From: Anthoceros angustus
Taxonomy: Eukaryota > Plantae > Anthocerotophyta
Reading direction: 5' to 3'
NCBI GenBank assembly: GCA_010909165.1
Contig: MU008172.1
Location: 744,001 to 808,000, forward strand
Length of the DNA: 64,000 nt
A model generated the notes under the pieces. The model saw only the letters and a list, made by a program, of their open reading frames with translations. It did not search any database and was not told where the DNA came from. Positions 47,230 to 60,090 of the stretch are shown here, one piece after another; the stretch's first letter is position 1; every line of letters begins with the position of its first letter. The position numbers were made by a program, and so were the translations under genes.

Positions 47230-48915
47230 ATGGTGAACTTCAAGGAGCTCAGAGTATTGTCGATGAGAGGGTCAGAGAAGGTGCTAGTAGGAGCTGTTCG
47301 ATGCCCTCTGGATGCCACTTTTGGGGTGGTGCGTAAGGAGATTGAGATGGACGAGCTCGTTTCTTACCCCTTTGACTTCGTCATACTGGACAGTATTTTG
47401 AGAGGGAAGCAGGAGGCAAGATGGCAGGTGCATGAGAATGAGGTGCACATAAAGCAAAGGTATGACATCCAGCCTGTGAGCAAAAGACAATGCTTGGAGG
47501 ATCCTCACAAGGATGGAGTCTTGGATATGGAACATTCTCCAGAGACTGGGTTGGGAGAGGTTGCAGACTGTGAGAGCAACAATGAGAAACGCCTGGAGGC
47601 ATGCAAGAAGGAACACGCCAGCTTGACTGAAAATCAGCTCAAGAGCAAGCTTGTGCCATCGGAGATTCTTCTTCGTTGGGAATGTGAGGCCGAGAGAGTC
47701 AGGGCTCGGTTGACAAGCCGGGGGAGGGAGGACAAGTTTGACATCTACACAAGAGATGAAGGAGGTGAGGTGATCATCAAGGTTTGGTGCTTGGAATGTG
47801 GAAGGACTTACGGCTCAGGGAAGGATCCAGTCACCAGTGCTTATCGGACCCTATCAAACTTTCACCAGTCTCACATACGCAGCGCTACACACAGGGATAA
47901 CTATGCTGCGAATCATGGCGTCGACCCAGATGCATTACCCAGAGCAGAGAAAACTCACAAGGAGGAAATTGAGGCAGCCATGCTTGAGGTGTCCAACTTC
48001 AACAGTTCTCACCCAGGAGCATCTTTTGAGATCGTGCAGCTGACCTTAGGTAACTTCAGCAACAAACATCATGTTTTCATGAGGTGCACACTTGATGATA
48101 AGTGGCTTAATCTTGTGCCCAAATGTGGCATGGCCACTGAGACAATTATGCTGCGCCATGTTCAGTCGACGGTACATGAAGGTGCCTTGTCGCAAAAGTT
48201 GCAGAGTAGTAGAGCATTGGAGGAGCGAAAGGGCCTTGCTGGTGCAGGTGTTGCAACTCCGTTACCGGGGCCCGGTGCTGCCTTGCATCAGCACCTATCA
48301 GGGGTACAGCAGTGCAAGGAATCTGTGAAACTTGAGTTCGACCAGTCAAGTGAATCAGGTAGTGACTGCGAGTTTGATGATGGTACCAGCAGCGGGGATG
48401 ATGATGGTAGTGAGGAGGATGACAGCGAGGATCTCAGTGGTGGGCTCCTACTCTCATGCTCAGGCTCGGAGGTGGAGGAGCTGGTGTCATCTCCAGAGTC
48501 CTCCTTCACTACATCCGGCGAGTCAGAAGATGTGTCATTTGCATCTGGATCGCAGTCAGGGGAAGGGCAAGCAAGTGGGATCCACTCGTCTTCAGATCTC
48601 CTGGCCAACCTGTGCTGGGGATTGTGGCAACCGGAGGTGGAAATCAATAACAGTCTGCTGACCGTCAAGAATCTGTTGGCAGATGAGAAGGGTGGGGCAG
48701 ACTGGTGGGCTGAGCCACACACCAAGGCTTCAGTGTGTTGTAGAGGCAAAGTGTACACGATCGTGGGCTGCTTCAGGCACCGAAAGTGCGAAAGGCTGTC
48801 CCACGCAGATCCGTTTCCAAACCTGTGTTGCCCTCTGTGCAGACAAATCCCCATGTGCACAGATTTCAGGGACAAAGCAGTGGGACTTGGGGGGCCACCG
48901 CATGTTGGTGTTTGA
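47230..48915 (+). CDS. Intronless 561-aa unknown protein with two C2H2-like (H-x5-H) fingers, an acidic Ser-rich linker and a C-terminal Cys cluster
   Basis: 1.7-kb uninterrupted ORF with CLEC-x24-HIRSATH, CTLD...HVQSTVH, and CWGLW...WWAEPH...CFRHRKC...CCPLC. Confidence 0.75.
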   Translation: MVNFKELRVLSMRGSEKVLVGAVRCPLDATFGVVRKEIEMDELVSYPFDFVILDSILRGKQEARWQVHENEVHIKQRYDIQPVSKRQCLEDPHKDGVLDMEHSPETGLGEVADCESNNEKRLEACKKEHASLTENQLKSKLVPSEILLRWECEAERVRARLTSRGREDKFDIYTRDEGGEVIIKVWCLECGRTYGSGKDPVTSAYRTLSNFHQSHIRSATHRDNYAANHGVDPDALPRAEKTHKEEIEAAMLEVSNFNSSHPGASFEIVQLTLGNFSNKHHVFMRCTLDDKWLNLVPKCGMATETIMLRHVQSTVHEGALSQKLQSSRALEERKGLAGAGVATPLPGPGAALHQHLSGVQQCKESVKLEFDQSSESGSDCEFDDGTSSGDDDGSEEDDSEDLSGGLLLSCSGSEVEELVSSPESSFTTSGESEDVSFASGSQSGEGQASGIHSSSDLLANLCWGLWQPEVEINNSLLTVKNLLADEKGGADWWAEPHTKASVCCRGKVYTIVGCFRHRKCERLSHADPFPNLCCPLCRQIPMCTDFRDKAVGLGGPPHVGV

Positions 48916-50119
48916 CTCCAGTACACAGGTGTCGCATCGGCAAGCGTCATGCACCTTCGGGAAGTGGAGGGATATAGGCATTCCAGTGATCCCGTTCCAC
49001 GTTTTTGTCAGCATCGAAGGTCGAAGACAGTGGAACGAGCTTGTGTGAAACGTTTGTTTACAGGCTCACGGCTTTGTACTGTGAAGAGGTGTGAGAACAA
49101 GGCAGTCTCACCGAGTTTTGTTAAGTCAAACATCCTCCGAGGTAGACCTATTTTATACCTACGGTCTCCGTACATCACTAGGTTACGTGTGGAGTAAATT
49201 TATGAGAAAAGCGCACTCTCCGGCTATCGCGGGGACCAGCCTGGTTCCATGGTCCGTTACCCGGTGTCTCCTACCGGGCGCTGGACCCATGCCTCTTCGG
49301 GCAGGGCCCATGCCAGCCACCTGCTGAGGACCAGCTTCCGCTTGGCCTTCCTGGCCTGGTCAGTCGTCATCGCGGTCTCACTGTGAAATTCAGGGGTTGC
49401 GCTGCTCCCGCTTTCCTTCCTGCGCTCTCTCGTTCCACATTCCGGGCGGGCGCGTATATATCCGGCAGCCTGTTTGCTTCCTTGCCATTCTTCCATGTGC
49501 CCGGCAAGCCGCTGCTCTTCTTCGCCTGTCGCTGCTTCTTCGCCCGTCGCTGCTTCTCCGGCCGTCCTGGCCTTCTTGAATCTGTTTTGCGGGAGCCTTC
49601 ACGACGTCCCCGGATCTCTGCCCTGAGGTGAGGAGCGCGCATGCAGCGACGTTCAGTTTTCTTGTCCAGTTTTTCTTGTCCACTTTCTCAAATGTCGGTA
49701 GCGCCCTCCGCCATCTTTCTTTAAGAAGATCATTCTGGCACGCCAGTAATTCTTTTGGAATTTCCCGCGCTGTGCGCATCTGTGTGGCATGGAGGATTCG
49801 GCTGCGCTGTCGCCTGAGGAGATGCATGCAGAATCTACCTTCTGATGTAACCGGTGTTGTGTTTGTTGTGTAGCTTTGAGGCCGAAGCATCGCGCGCGCT
49901 CGCTCCGTTACGAAACATTTGCGCCTATTTCGGAAGCTTCCGAAGCGGGATTTCTTCTTGTTAGGAAAGTTAACCGGTGAGTAGCTCAATTACGGGCTCC
50001 TTCTGCCTGAGCCTCAGGAATTCAGGGGCCGTGGTTGGATAGTAGTCGCAAGGTTGCTGCTGCTGCTGCACGCGCCGTACTAACTGTTAGCCGCCGTTGT
50101 GCTCGGGACGGGACAGGAA

Positions 50120-50392
50120 ATGGCAGGTACTGGAAGATCTGACTCCTTTGGCCTCGACTGGGCCGACCAGTGGGACTACAAAGGGCAAGATGAACACATG
50201 AACCGGAATGAAGATGTTTCCAACCCGAGCAAATTGTCATCCTACAACCAGAAGGTGAAGGCTGCAGCAAGCTCAGGCTTTACCAAGGCAAAGTCTGCAG
50301 CTACAACAGGTGCAGAGAAGATGAAGTCTGGAACCAAGTCGGGGGTGAACTGGATCAAGGAGCAGGTTGCCAAGAGGAAAACCAAGAGCTGA
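50120..50392 (+). CDS. Small conserved plant protein (WADQWD motif plus amphipathic Lys-rich helix ending WIK), 90 aa
   Basis: DWADQWDY and KAAASSGFTKAKSAATTGAEKMKSGTKSGVNWIKEQ match a recalled uncharacterised land-plant family. Confidence 0.8.
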   Translation: MAGTGRSDSFGLDWADQWDYKGQDEHMNRNEDVSNPSKLSSYNQKVKAAASSGFTKAKSAATTGAEKMKSGTKSGVNWIKEQVAKRKTKS

Positions 50393-51306
50393 GGACTTTG
50401 GCCTGCCCACCAGTCACCACTGGAAGGTTGTTCTTCGCTTAGGGCTTCGTGACTTGTGCTGAAATGGATCTTGTGTCACTCTTGTTTCCGGGTAGCTAGA
50501 CCGAATTTCTTTTGTACATAATTCTTGTAGTTTCTTGACGACGCGCTGTGCCACTTGGTTTCTTTCCCACGTGTATGCCGTGATGGAAGTGCATAAAGCT
50601 GCGAAGTACGCAGTCCGGAATCCTGGATGAGGTGAAGCCGGCAACGTTTGCGTTCGCTGACTGTGTACATAACTAGCACGGATATTCGCACGGGTACACT
50701 CTACCTGTCGTTTGTAGACATACGTATTTTTCATTTCCATAGCAATATACAGTATGTATACACATACAATAGGTGTTGAAGAAACGTAGGAAAACCTATA
50801 CATAGTACATCGAGGTGTACACACACACATGCTACAGGCCTACAGGCCTATAGGCCTACATGCCCCACGGCTCCTGCTGTAGTAGGTCATAAAGGCTTGC
50901 CAAGCCATGCCAAGTGTGTCAACGATGGTGACAAATTTTTCGCCTATTTCCCGGAGGCTGGATATGTAATCGGTAGACGTGGTGGCCCCCAACCTTTGAC
51001 CCAGGTAACTGCTCCAGCCACAGCCAGCGAGCCCGGCTCGCAGTGACTTAGCACAGCTCCGCCTTGAGATGATAACAGTGTGTTTTTTGGGCCTTGGAAG
51101 GGACCACGCAACACATGGCCATGTCACCGGCGACACTTCTATGCGGCCGAAGCATCGCTGCTGTTTCGTCATGATGCGGATCGGGTTGCTGCGCACTTAT
51201 CTCTTCCCCTGCTTCTTCTCAGTGTAGCAGCCGCAACAGGAATTGCTTGTCGGGACCCCTTCGCGCTCTTGCTGCATCTGCAAGAGCCTCCTCATCTCGC
51301 TTCGGG

Positions 51307-54300
51307 ATGGCCGATTATGCGGATTCTTCCTATGGAGGGAAGAAGTCCTTCCGCCACATTACCAGGGAGCGTAAGTCTCTACTCCAATTCTCCTGCTCCA
51401 CAGCCTGCTGCTCTTTCTCAGCTGGATTCTTCCACATGGAGTTCACACTTTCTGGTCCTGCAGGTCTGCTTCATGATATGCTGCGTACCGCCAAGCTGTC
51501 CAAGTCTGGATCTGAGTGGAAGGTCCGTGAATTTCGCCCCAAAATTTTTCACTGGATCTGGGCAGATCCGGTTCCGCGGATGTCAGAATTCTGGGGCAAA
51601 GATGCTTCGCATGCGTCAGGATTAGTGTGACAATGCTTGCACAGCTGCCTCTTATTCCATTGCACGCTCCATTCCTGCTGGGATCCATACACCACCTACT
51701 TGTGCAACGCTCACTCTAGCTTAGCATGTTGCCGGTACCTCTGTGGCATCATTTGGCTTGAAGCGTTGCTCTTCAGGCTTCGACCTTAGTGGTGTGAGGG
51801 ATTAGGGCGACGTGTTTGCATCCTCTCACGCCTATTTTCCACCCTCTTGGACTTGTGGTTTGCTTCACAGGTCCTCATTATGGATGAAGTTACTGTCAAG
51901 GTGATGTCGTATTCTTGCAAAATGGCAGATATCACAGATGAGGGCATATCACGTATGGACCTGGACTGCACTCCCTCTTGTTTGCATTCATCTGGATTTC
52001 TCCTAGAAATGTTGCCCGGAGCTCAACTCTTGGTTTTCAGTCAAAATGATGACCACAATTTTCCATAGGAGAGCTTCTATTTGGGCCTGTTGACGGGGAA
52101 AGGCCAGGAAACAGTCATGTCTGAACTCTTTTGTTATTCCCACAGTTGTTGAAGACCTTAACAAGCGGAGGCAGCCTCTACCTGGGCTTGAAGCAGTGTA
52201 TTTTATATCTCCCCATCGAGAAAGGTGTTACTCCGCCACAATTTCATGCACCTTCACTTCTTTTATTTTACATTGGAACTAAATGATGATGCTTGTGGTA
52301 TCTGGTGCCATTTGGTGCCTTCATTGATCAGTTGTTCTTCCCTTACTTCATCTTCATATCCTCTGCTATTGATCACAGTGTCAAAAAGTTTATGGGGGAC
52401 ATGTCCGGCAAGTCCCCTCTCTACAAAAAGTAAGGCTTCACCTGACAGGAGTTTGTCGTTCTCATGGATCACTTGCACTTCCCCTTGAATGCTCGAACAT
52501 TTGCCGTTCTGCAGAGCGCACGTCTTCTTCAGCTCCCCGATTGCCCGAGAATTGTTGCAAACAATCAAGAGTGATGCTTCTGTCATCTCCCGTCTTGCAG
52601 CTCTGAGAGAGGTATTAGAGATTTCATGTTTCTCTATGTTGGTGGATGGGCTGATGAAATCCTTCGTTTTTTAACAAACGTGCAACTGGTTATGGTGAAA
52701 TGCAGATGAACTTGGAGTATTTGTCCGTGGACATCCAGGTATGTAGACCCATGCGTCACCCCGTATTAGGTTATATAGCTTGTAGTCGATCCTTGTCAGT
52801 TGCGAGTCGTTTCAAACTATAGGCTGCAGAGATAAATGGTTTACTTATGAGCTTAGGGAGCATTGCTATGCAGGGATTTATCACAGACAACGATAGAGCA
52901 CTGGAACAGCTATTTGGTGAGCATAGTGAAGGCACTCGGGATTTTGATGTGTGCTTAGACACAATTGCTGGAAGACTGGCTACTGTTTTTGCATCACTAC
53001 AGGTTTCTGTTTCTGAAATCCTTTTTGATGTACATGTGCTGAATGCATATAACTAGAATTCCTATTCTGCACTTGGGAGAATCTCTGAAAAATTTGTTAG
53101 CAGGTTGTTGAATTAACTCCAGACCCTTGCAATGACTTCCAGGAGTTCCCTCTTGTGAGATACAGACTACCACCAGCTGCAGGTTCTTCAGCAGCTGCAA
53201 CAGGTCGGGAACTAGTGCCTACAAAACTCGCTGCAGCAATCTGGGACCGTCTGATGAAGTACAAGTCCTCTCTGCCTAACTTTCCGCAGAACGAGACTTG
53301 TGAACTTGTAATCGTCGATCGATCTCTGGACCCGGTATTTTCTCTTAACTATTGAAGAATTCTGCTGTTCAGATGCTACTCAAGTTCTCAATGGAAGCAT
53401 GGACATATGTCATTCTGCTGCAAGTTGCAGGGAAAGAGGTTTATCCAGAGGAGGTTGCAGGCTTGACAACACCCTTATGATTTTGCTGCAGGTAGCACCA
53501 ATCATACATGAATGGACATATGATGCAATGTGCCATGACCTACTTGAACTTGATGGCAATAAGTACGTTTATGAGGTATGCACTTGACTGGTAGGTTGCC
53601 TTGGAGAACTTAATTTTGGTGCAACTGCTCATTTGTGGCTTCTGGTATCCTAGCAACCAGAGGACTGCATATCTAGTGCCTCAGGCATGCCAGTCTATGT
53701 GTTGGTGTGCAGCTTACCACAAATTCAGGGAAGAAAGAACAAAAGGAAGTTCTACTCGAAGAACATGATCCTGTTTGGGTTGAGTTGCGCGATCTGCATA
53801 TTGCTGAGGTAAGTGTGCAACAGTTACAATGCAGTTTGAGCTGGTACTGGTAAGAGTTGGCTAAATGATGAATGTGTTCATCAAAGTATAAGGTGGTGGA
53901 ATGCCTTTGCACAGGCAAACTTGAGGCTGAGTCAAAAGATGCAGCAATTTGGTTCGAAGAATAAGGCTGCAGAACTTCGCCTTGGTGGGAGGTACATCAG
54001 ATTCTTTGAATTTGTAGGGTGCGCGTCAGAGGGGGTGCTGTTATGTCACCCGTACTTAGGCAGTCATAGTATAGGTCTCGTTTGATATGTTCAGTTGTCC
54101 GGTTTGTATATAGTTTATGATTTTCCCTACTGTCGAAGATGTTGGTTTTTTTTGTATGCTATCAGGCCAGTACATTGTGGTTGCTTCTTGCTCATTTCCG
54201 GTCAGTGTAGTCGGCTCTTGGTGTTTGATAAGCACCTGCATGGCCAACCTTTCTTTCAATCATAACAGGGAAGGATCCGAGCTCTCCACAAAGGACATGC

Positions 54301-56313
54301 AAAAGATGGTGCAAGCTCTCCCTCAATATCGGGATCAGCTGGATAAGTTGGGCCTGCACATTCATGTAAGTCGTCTGCAGCAGTGAAAGATGCTTGCAGG
54401 CAGATGGCTATTGACTACATAACAACTTTGTCGGGTAGTTTTATTACTTGATAAACACTACTTTACTTAAATAGTTGCTTGGAATCTTCACTTGTGTTTG
54501 GATGTCATGGCCATCGGGTTAACCAAAATCTTTGGATGGATGCAGATTGCCACGGTGTTGAATGACAAAGTGAAAGAACTCGGTTTGAGTGATATTGGTA
54601 ACCTTGAGCAGGACTTTGTGTTTGGTGATGCCAGTAGCAAAGAGTTGATCAACCTTTTGAACACGAAGCAGGTTTGGCGGACATGCCCTCGCTGCAGTTT
54701 TTCCCCACCTAGGCAATACCTCCGAGATGGACCAGTAAACACATGGTTGCATGTTTGGTGATAGGATATGTCCGCTGACATTCGGCTGCGGCTCATGATG
54801 ATCTATGCTGCTACACATCCTGAAAAGCTTGATACCACAAAGAGAATGCAGTGGATGAAGGTATGTCAACCCTGTTCCAGATCTCATTTTTGGACTAGAT
54901 TTTGTTTTGATGAGGAGAGGTCAAGTTCCATACTGAGGTGGTCTAGCTGCACCTCGACTCATAAGTTGACAGCTGCCAAGATCTCCTTTACCTGTTTCCC
55001 TGACATCAGCGCACATCTTGTTCTTGTTGTCAAGTGTATCTTTGTGTGCGTGTGTGTGTTAACCACGAGATGTTTGCAGCTTGCCAAGCTGAGTGGCGAG
55101 GATATGAACGCTGTTAATAATTTGGAATACATTGGCGTATCGGTTTCAAAGAAATCTTCTGGAGGATTTTCCTTGAAGTTTGGGGGGCGCAAGGTAAGGT
55201 GCTTGAACCTCGGTATGAGTCTGTCCTTTTGCAGCTTTGCCATCAGAAGTATTCTCTCTCTTGGCGGAGCGTCTCCTAAGCTGGGTCTTCTTCACATTGT
55301 GATGCCTTGATGGGATTTTTTACCAGCCTCCACTTCTGGTTTGTTGACGCTGAGGGAAATTCCATGCAGGCCAAGCGACCTCTGAGGGAGGACAAAAAAC
55401 CAGATGAGCAGACTTGGCAACTTTCCAAATTCTATCCTATGCTTGAGGTTAGATTAAGGCTCGTGACTCTGCATTTGGATGCTTGTGTTAATCCGTGGTT
55501 TATTTGGCAGTCTCCAAGTAATACAGTCTGAGGTGGAGTGCCAAACTCGCAGGATGTTATTGAGCAACTGGGTAAGGGAGAGTTATCCAAAGACGAGTAC
55601 CCTTATGTTAAGGAGCCGGCAGCTGGAGCTGTGGGCTCCATGTCAGCAGATCATTCATCAAAGGCTGCAGCCAAACCTGCGCAGTCCATGCGAACCACAG
55701 GTCGAGGTGCAACTTGGGCTACCCAGAAAAACCGTCCTGCAGATGATGGGCTTTCAAGGTTCCTCCTCTTATACATAGCTTGGCTAGGGTTGAGGTTAGA
55801 GCTAATGGCTCAAAGAGTTGCACTTGACTGTGTCTCCCGCTTCTGTTTCAGCGACGCTCCTTTGAAGACTAATCTCAACGATATCAAGTTGAGCGGAAAA
55901 CGGATATTTATCTTTGTTGTTGGTGGCATGACCCGATCTGAGGTACTGTAGTAAGTCGATCCATCGGAGAGTTTCGAATTGCGTAGTTTGTTCTGAGGTT
56001 GAATTGGATTCGCTTGCAGATCAGGGTGTGTCACAAGATGACAATTCAATTGAGGCGTGAAGTTGTTCTAGGTTCTACTAACATTCTCGATCCACGGCAG
56101 TTTGTGTCGGTGAGGACTTGGCCTTTGTCTGGTTCAGGATTGGTACTCTGAAGTTGGAACTGTGCTGCATGTGGTTGGGACATCTCTCTCGTTGGACTGG
56201 ATGCGTGGTTGCCTTTGAGTGACGCTGAATTCGACACAAGCAAAGAGCTCCATGTCAATTCTGCTGTGCAGAAACTGAAGTCGCTGAGCACTTTGGATGA
56301 CATCGAGTTGTGA
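51307..56313 (+). CDS. KEULE: Sec1/Munc18 (SM) protein, KEULE/SEC11 type; 21 exons
   Basis: [116 protein letters not shown]. All 20 introns are GT-AG. Confidence 0.96.
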
Positions 56314-57039
56314 GCTGGTCTAATCATGTGAAGCCACCGAAGTGTGCCATATTCGCGTTTGATGTGGCGATGCGGGAACGTTGACATTGTGCCTCCGAAA
56401 GGTAGGTTGACGCTTTGGTAGTTGTAGAGCGCAAGTCAAGTATGCTATACATATGTCTGAAATGTGAATGTAAAGCGAAGGAAACCTACCGTGTACTTGT
56501 TCACGGTTTGCCTGAAGTCATTGAATCCACCATTTAACTCAGGACACGAGTCGGAGCAGGCCAGCAAGGGGAAAGGTGACCCGACCATGTTGTACAGCTT
56601 GTAGAGCAGTGTTGCCGAATCTTGCTTGTCTTCTTGTGCCTCATGTCTGTTAGCATGTGAGAGTAATCCTTGAGGCTCCAACACTTTCAGAGTTAAAAGT
56701 GTCCCTGGTTGTGCATAGCGCCCAGCCGAAAGATTAGTAGAGTGAGACCCCACTTCGCCCGATCAATTTCTGTTTTCTGTGTTGTGGAGGAGTAAGTACC
56801 TACCTCCACTCCGTAGCGTTTCTGGCAAATGTTTCAATAAAGTAAGTTATTACGGATTCCTAGAATCTTTCACGATCCATACGCCTAATGTATGTATGAC
56901 CTAGTGTTGCCGAATCCTGGTTGTCTTCTTGTGCCCGACATTAGAAACACCTCGTCGTCATGGTCCAGATTGGGGTGTATATGTTCAAGCATAGATTCAA
57001 GCGCTGCGCTACTCTAGTAGAGTGAATGCGGAGACTTGA

Positions 57040-59400
57040 TAAAAAGAACGAGAAGGGAAATCCCATCTACCTTGAGGCGAAAGGGACAACCCACGACGGG
57101 GCACTAGACCAGGGGGGCATGCCATCGCACTAATCTACCCTGTAACCCCCACCCGCCCCCAAGATGTCGTCGTCCGAGATAGGTAAGGACCTACTTACCA
57201 CTGATCCTGCCGATGTCGCGTCTCTCGCACTCGTGATCGTCCTAAAGATGGCGCTGGCCAATGCCCTTTGCAAGGCGATGGAATCCCATTGCCTAAAATA
57301 TGCCACGACACTGGAAAGGGAGAGGCCAACCCCGCCCCTACGCATTCCTTGATGAAACGAGAAAAAACCGTACCCAAGGCCCCATGGGTTTCAATGTCAA
57401 GGTGGATGAAAATGTGACCTTGCTGCATGGGCATGTACTTGTAAATTTTCTTAGTTGCGCTCCCTTCCGCCACCCAACCTGGAGGGTTGATGATAACATG
57501 GTCGCTATTAGGATCTCTGGTTGGGTCAGTGACAACCACGTCCGCAACCGATTCCTCGTCCCCCCGCGTCAAGAAAAGGTCATCTCTGATAGAGACGCCA
57601 TTGAGCAGAGTATACTACCGCTCCTTGAAAGGGAAGAAACCGCTCTCCTTAGCCATCGAGAATATGACGTCTCGGACAACATCGTGTGTAGCAATATGCT
57701 GTCCACCCATGTTGTCCCCACAGTAGCAGGCCGGAAGAGAACAGGCTAGTGGTTGGACCAGACCCAAGCAAAACTTCATCGCGGTGGAAAAAGAAGCTGG
57801 TGCGATTCGGAATGCTTGATGCAAGGGCGGGCAAAAACCTCGAACCTGCACCCTTCCTTGAGTAAGAGCGAAGGCGAGCTCTAGCGGGATGAGGAATAGA
57901 TGAATCCAGAAGAAGACCCTGCAGCACCTGCCCATAATGCTTCTCCTGGAGAGAAGCCTGCAACCCCGGAAGCCCGTCTGCGAGAAACGAGGAAAAAGAA
58001 GGCATGGCCTCCCTGGCCAGAGGGGGTAAGAGGTCCCTAGCCGATCTTAGGGACACTTGGAGGGTGGAGCACCCCTCCTCAACTCCTGCGACAAAATTTT
58101 CCAAAGTGCTGCTATCTCGGATAAGGAAGCGAGAGGCCAAAATCGGGGTCGAGAGGGCCCAGCTTCCTAGAAAAGCCGCTTGCGCTGAGGCTTCCATGGC
58201 CAAAAGACTTGCGCCACCAAAAGCGATAATAAGGGATGTCTATCACTGCGCCAGGTCCCCGGCCGCACATTTGAAGGAACCTGGGCCGATAATGTCTCCC
58301 AAAGACTGCATAACTAGCTTATCGAAATCTTCAAGTTGAAAAAGAAAAATTGGAGAGGGGGGACAGTGCGAATGAGGTACCCAGGGCGGCGCACGAAGCA
58401 GAGGATGCCAAAGGCCACCTACGGGTCGCCCAACCTAAAAAGGTCATCGATATGCGCAAGATCCTCTTTCAAAGCAGCATCCACAAATTCCCGTAAAAAG
58501 CCCGGGGGCCCTAACCGGGACTCCAAGGACCCGTAGCCCCTGTGGAGAATCAATATCCCCCTGAGATAATGAAGAGGGGACGTAATAGCGGACGGGGACC
58601 AAACCTTGCACTTCAAGATCTTGACCTTCAGGCCAAGGAGGAAGAGCTCCAAGGAGAAGAGCTCGAAAGCAACTTTGACTTTGTCCACCGGCCCAAGAAT
58701 GTAGGTGTCATCGACCACCGACGGAAACAGGCACTCCCACACTGAGAAGGCAATTATTGACAGGGCCTTGAAATGCGCCATAACAACGAGAGCTCCCCCC
58801 AAGGGATCCCCCTGCCTGGTACCAGTTGTGGAGTCAAGCACAGAGACCCTCTCCACCGAGGGGCCATGCTAATAATATAGGTTAGATGGGGAACTATAGA
58901 AAGAGCGAACAAAAGGAATAAGACTTGCTAGTTGCCTGCCTGCATCTTAAGCTCTTGGAAGATGGCTGCCCTGAATACAATATTGAATGCGTTCTCAACA
59001 TCGACCTGAAGGGCAACCCAATTCGGATGTAGCTGGAGAACTGCCTCGACTCCAAAACTCACCGTCTCGTAGCCCCCCCGAAGTGGCGATGCCAAATTGA
59101 TGGGAGCTAAGATGACCCCGAAATTGCTCCCTGAGCTAGAGGACAATGTTGCGGCTAATAAGACGTAGGAACACCTCTCCCACGGTGATAGGGCGCACCC
59201 CCGATGTGGGCTTCTCCATAGCCAAAAGCCTGCTGGCCCCCAACACCCGTGAAATCCGATTGAGGGTCTCCCCCCGCGCCACAGCCACCGCCAGGATAAA
59301 GAGCTCCGAAAAACCACAAGAAGGATCCTCAGGAGAGAAGTACTCATAGAGGTAATCATAGACAATTCTAGAAACACCGCCAGAAGAGAATCGTGGGGCG
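57040..59400 (-). mobile_element. Decayed non-LTR retrotransposon with RT and a C-terminal restriction-like endonuclease (CRE-clade-like)
   Basis: Frameshifted segments: LQVDVENAFN, TGTRQGDPLGGAL, SVVDDTYILG (RT); CYCG...HIATHDVVRDVI (zinc-knuckle remnant); ADVVVTDP...KKIYKY...DIETHGALG...IALQRALA (PD-(D/E)xK-type RLE). Confidence 0.85.
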
Positions 59401-59472
59401 GTAGTTAGAGCGCGACCTAATACAACACAAAGAGGGAAAAATTATAAAATGGGTGTCATACTCGAGCATTAA

Positions 59473-59784
59473 CTAGGAGTGTGAGGTGAAAGGAGAGACC
59501 AAAGGCAGGTTGTTAAGATGGTGAGAGAAGGTAGAGAAGAGTATCACAAACTTAACACTAAGCCAACTAACTTAATGAGTGTTCCAAATGGAAAGTATTA
59601 CATGAAATTGTAACAAAGGACTGTAACATAAGCAGGTTTGCATAGTATATGTTTGAAATCATAAATAATGCTTGTGAGAGAGAGGGTGTACTTAGGAGGG
59701 TAAGGTGATGAGGGAGAGAGTCAGGTTCATGTTAAGATGGTGACAAAATGCGGCGGGAATAGTGTCAAACTTAATACCAAGCCT
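59473..59784. repeat. Diverged direct repeat, period about 220 bp; possible LTR-element 3' region
   Basis: taggag.gt.aggtga...gttaagatggtga...caaacttaa.ac.aagcc at about 59475-59565 and 59693-59783. Confidence 0.6.
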
Positions 59785-59859
59785 ACGTAGCTTGTTGCAA
59801 TTTGGAAGTTAACATAAAATTGCAACAACGACTGTAACATAGGCTGCCATTTCTAGTAG

Positions 59860-60070
59860 GGCATATAATTTTGGACAATGGGTAGCCCTTCAATAATACC
59901 AAGAATTGAATATTGTGTCGGGTCATGCAATGGTGCACGATTTGCTCCACTTCATATTCAAGATGGCCTTTAACCAATGCTGGTGGTATCGTTCTTGGTG
60001 GAGTACCGATGTATATGCGCAACAGGCTAATATGGAATAGGTCATGAATTTTGAATAGGCTACATTGGCA
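59860..60070 (-). mobile_element. Ty3/gypsy chromovirus integrase C-terminus/chromodomain remnant
   Basis: IHDLFHISLLRIY...PP..V.GHLEYEVEQIVHH...QFLVLLKGYP. Confidence 0.8.
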
Positions 60071-60090
60071 ACTTGTGATTCCGGATGTGT

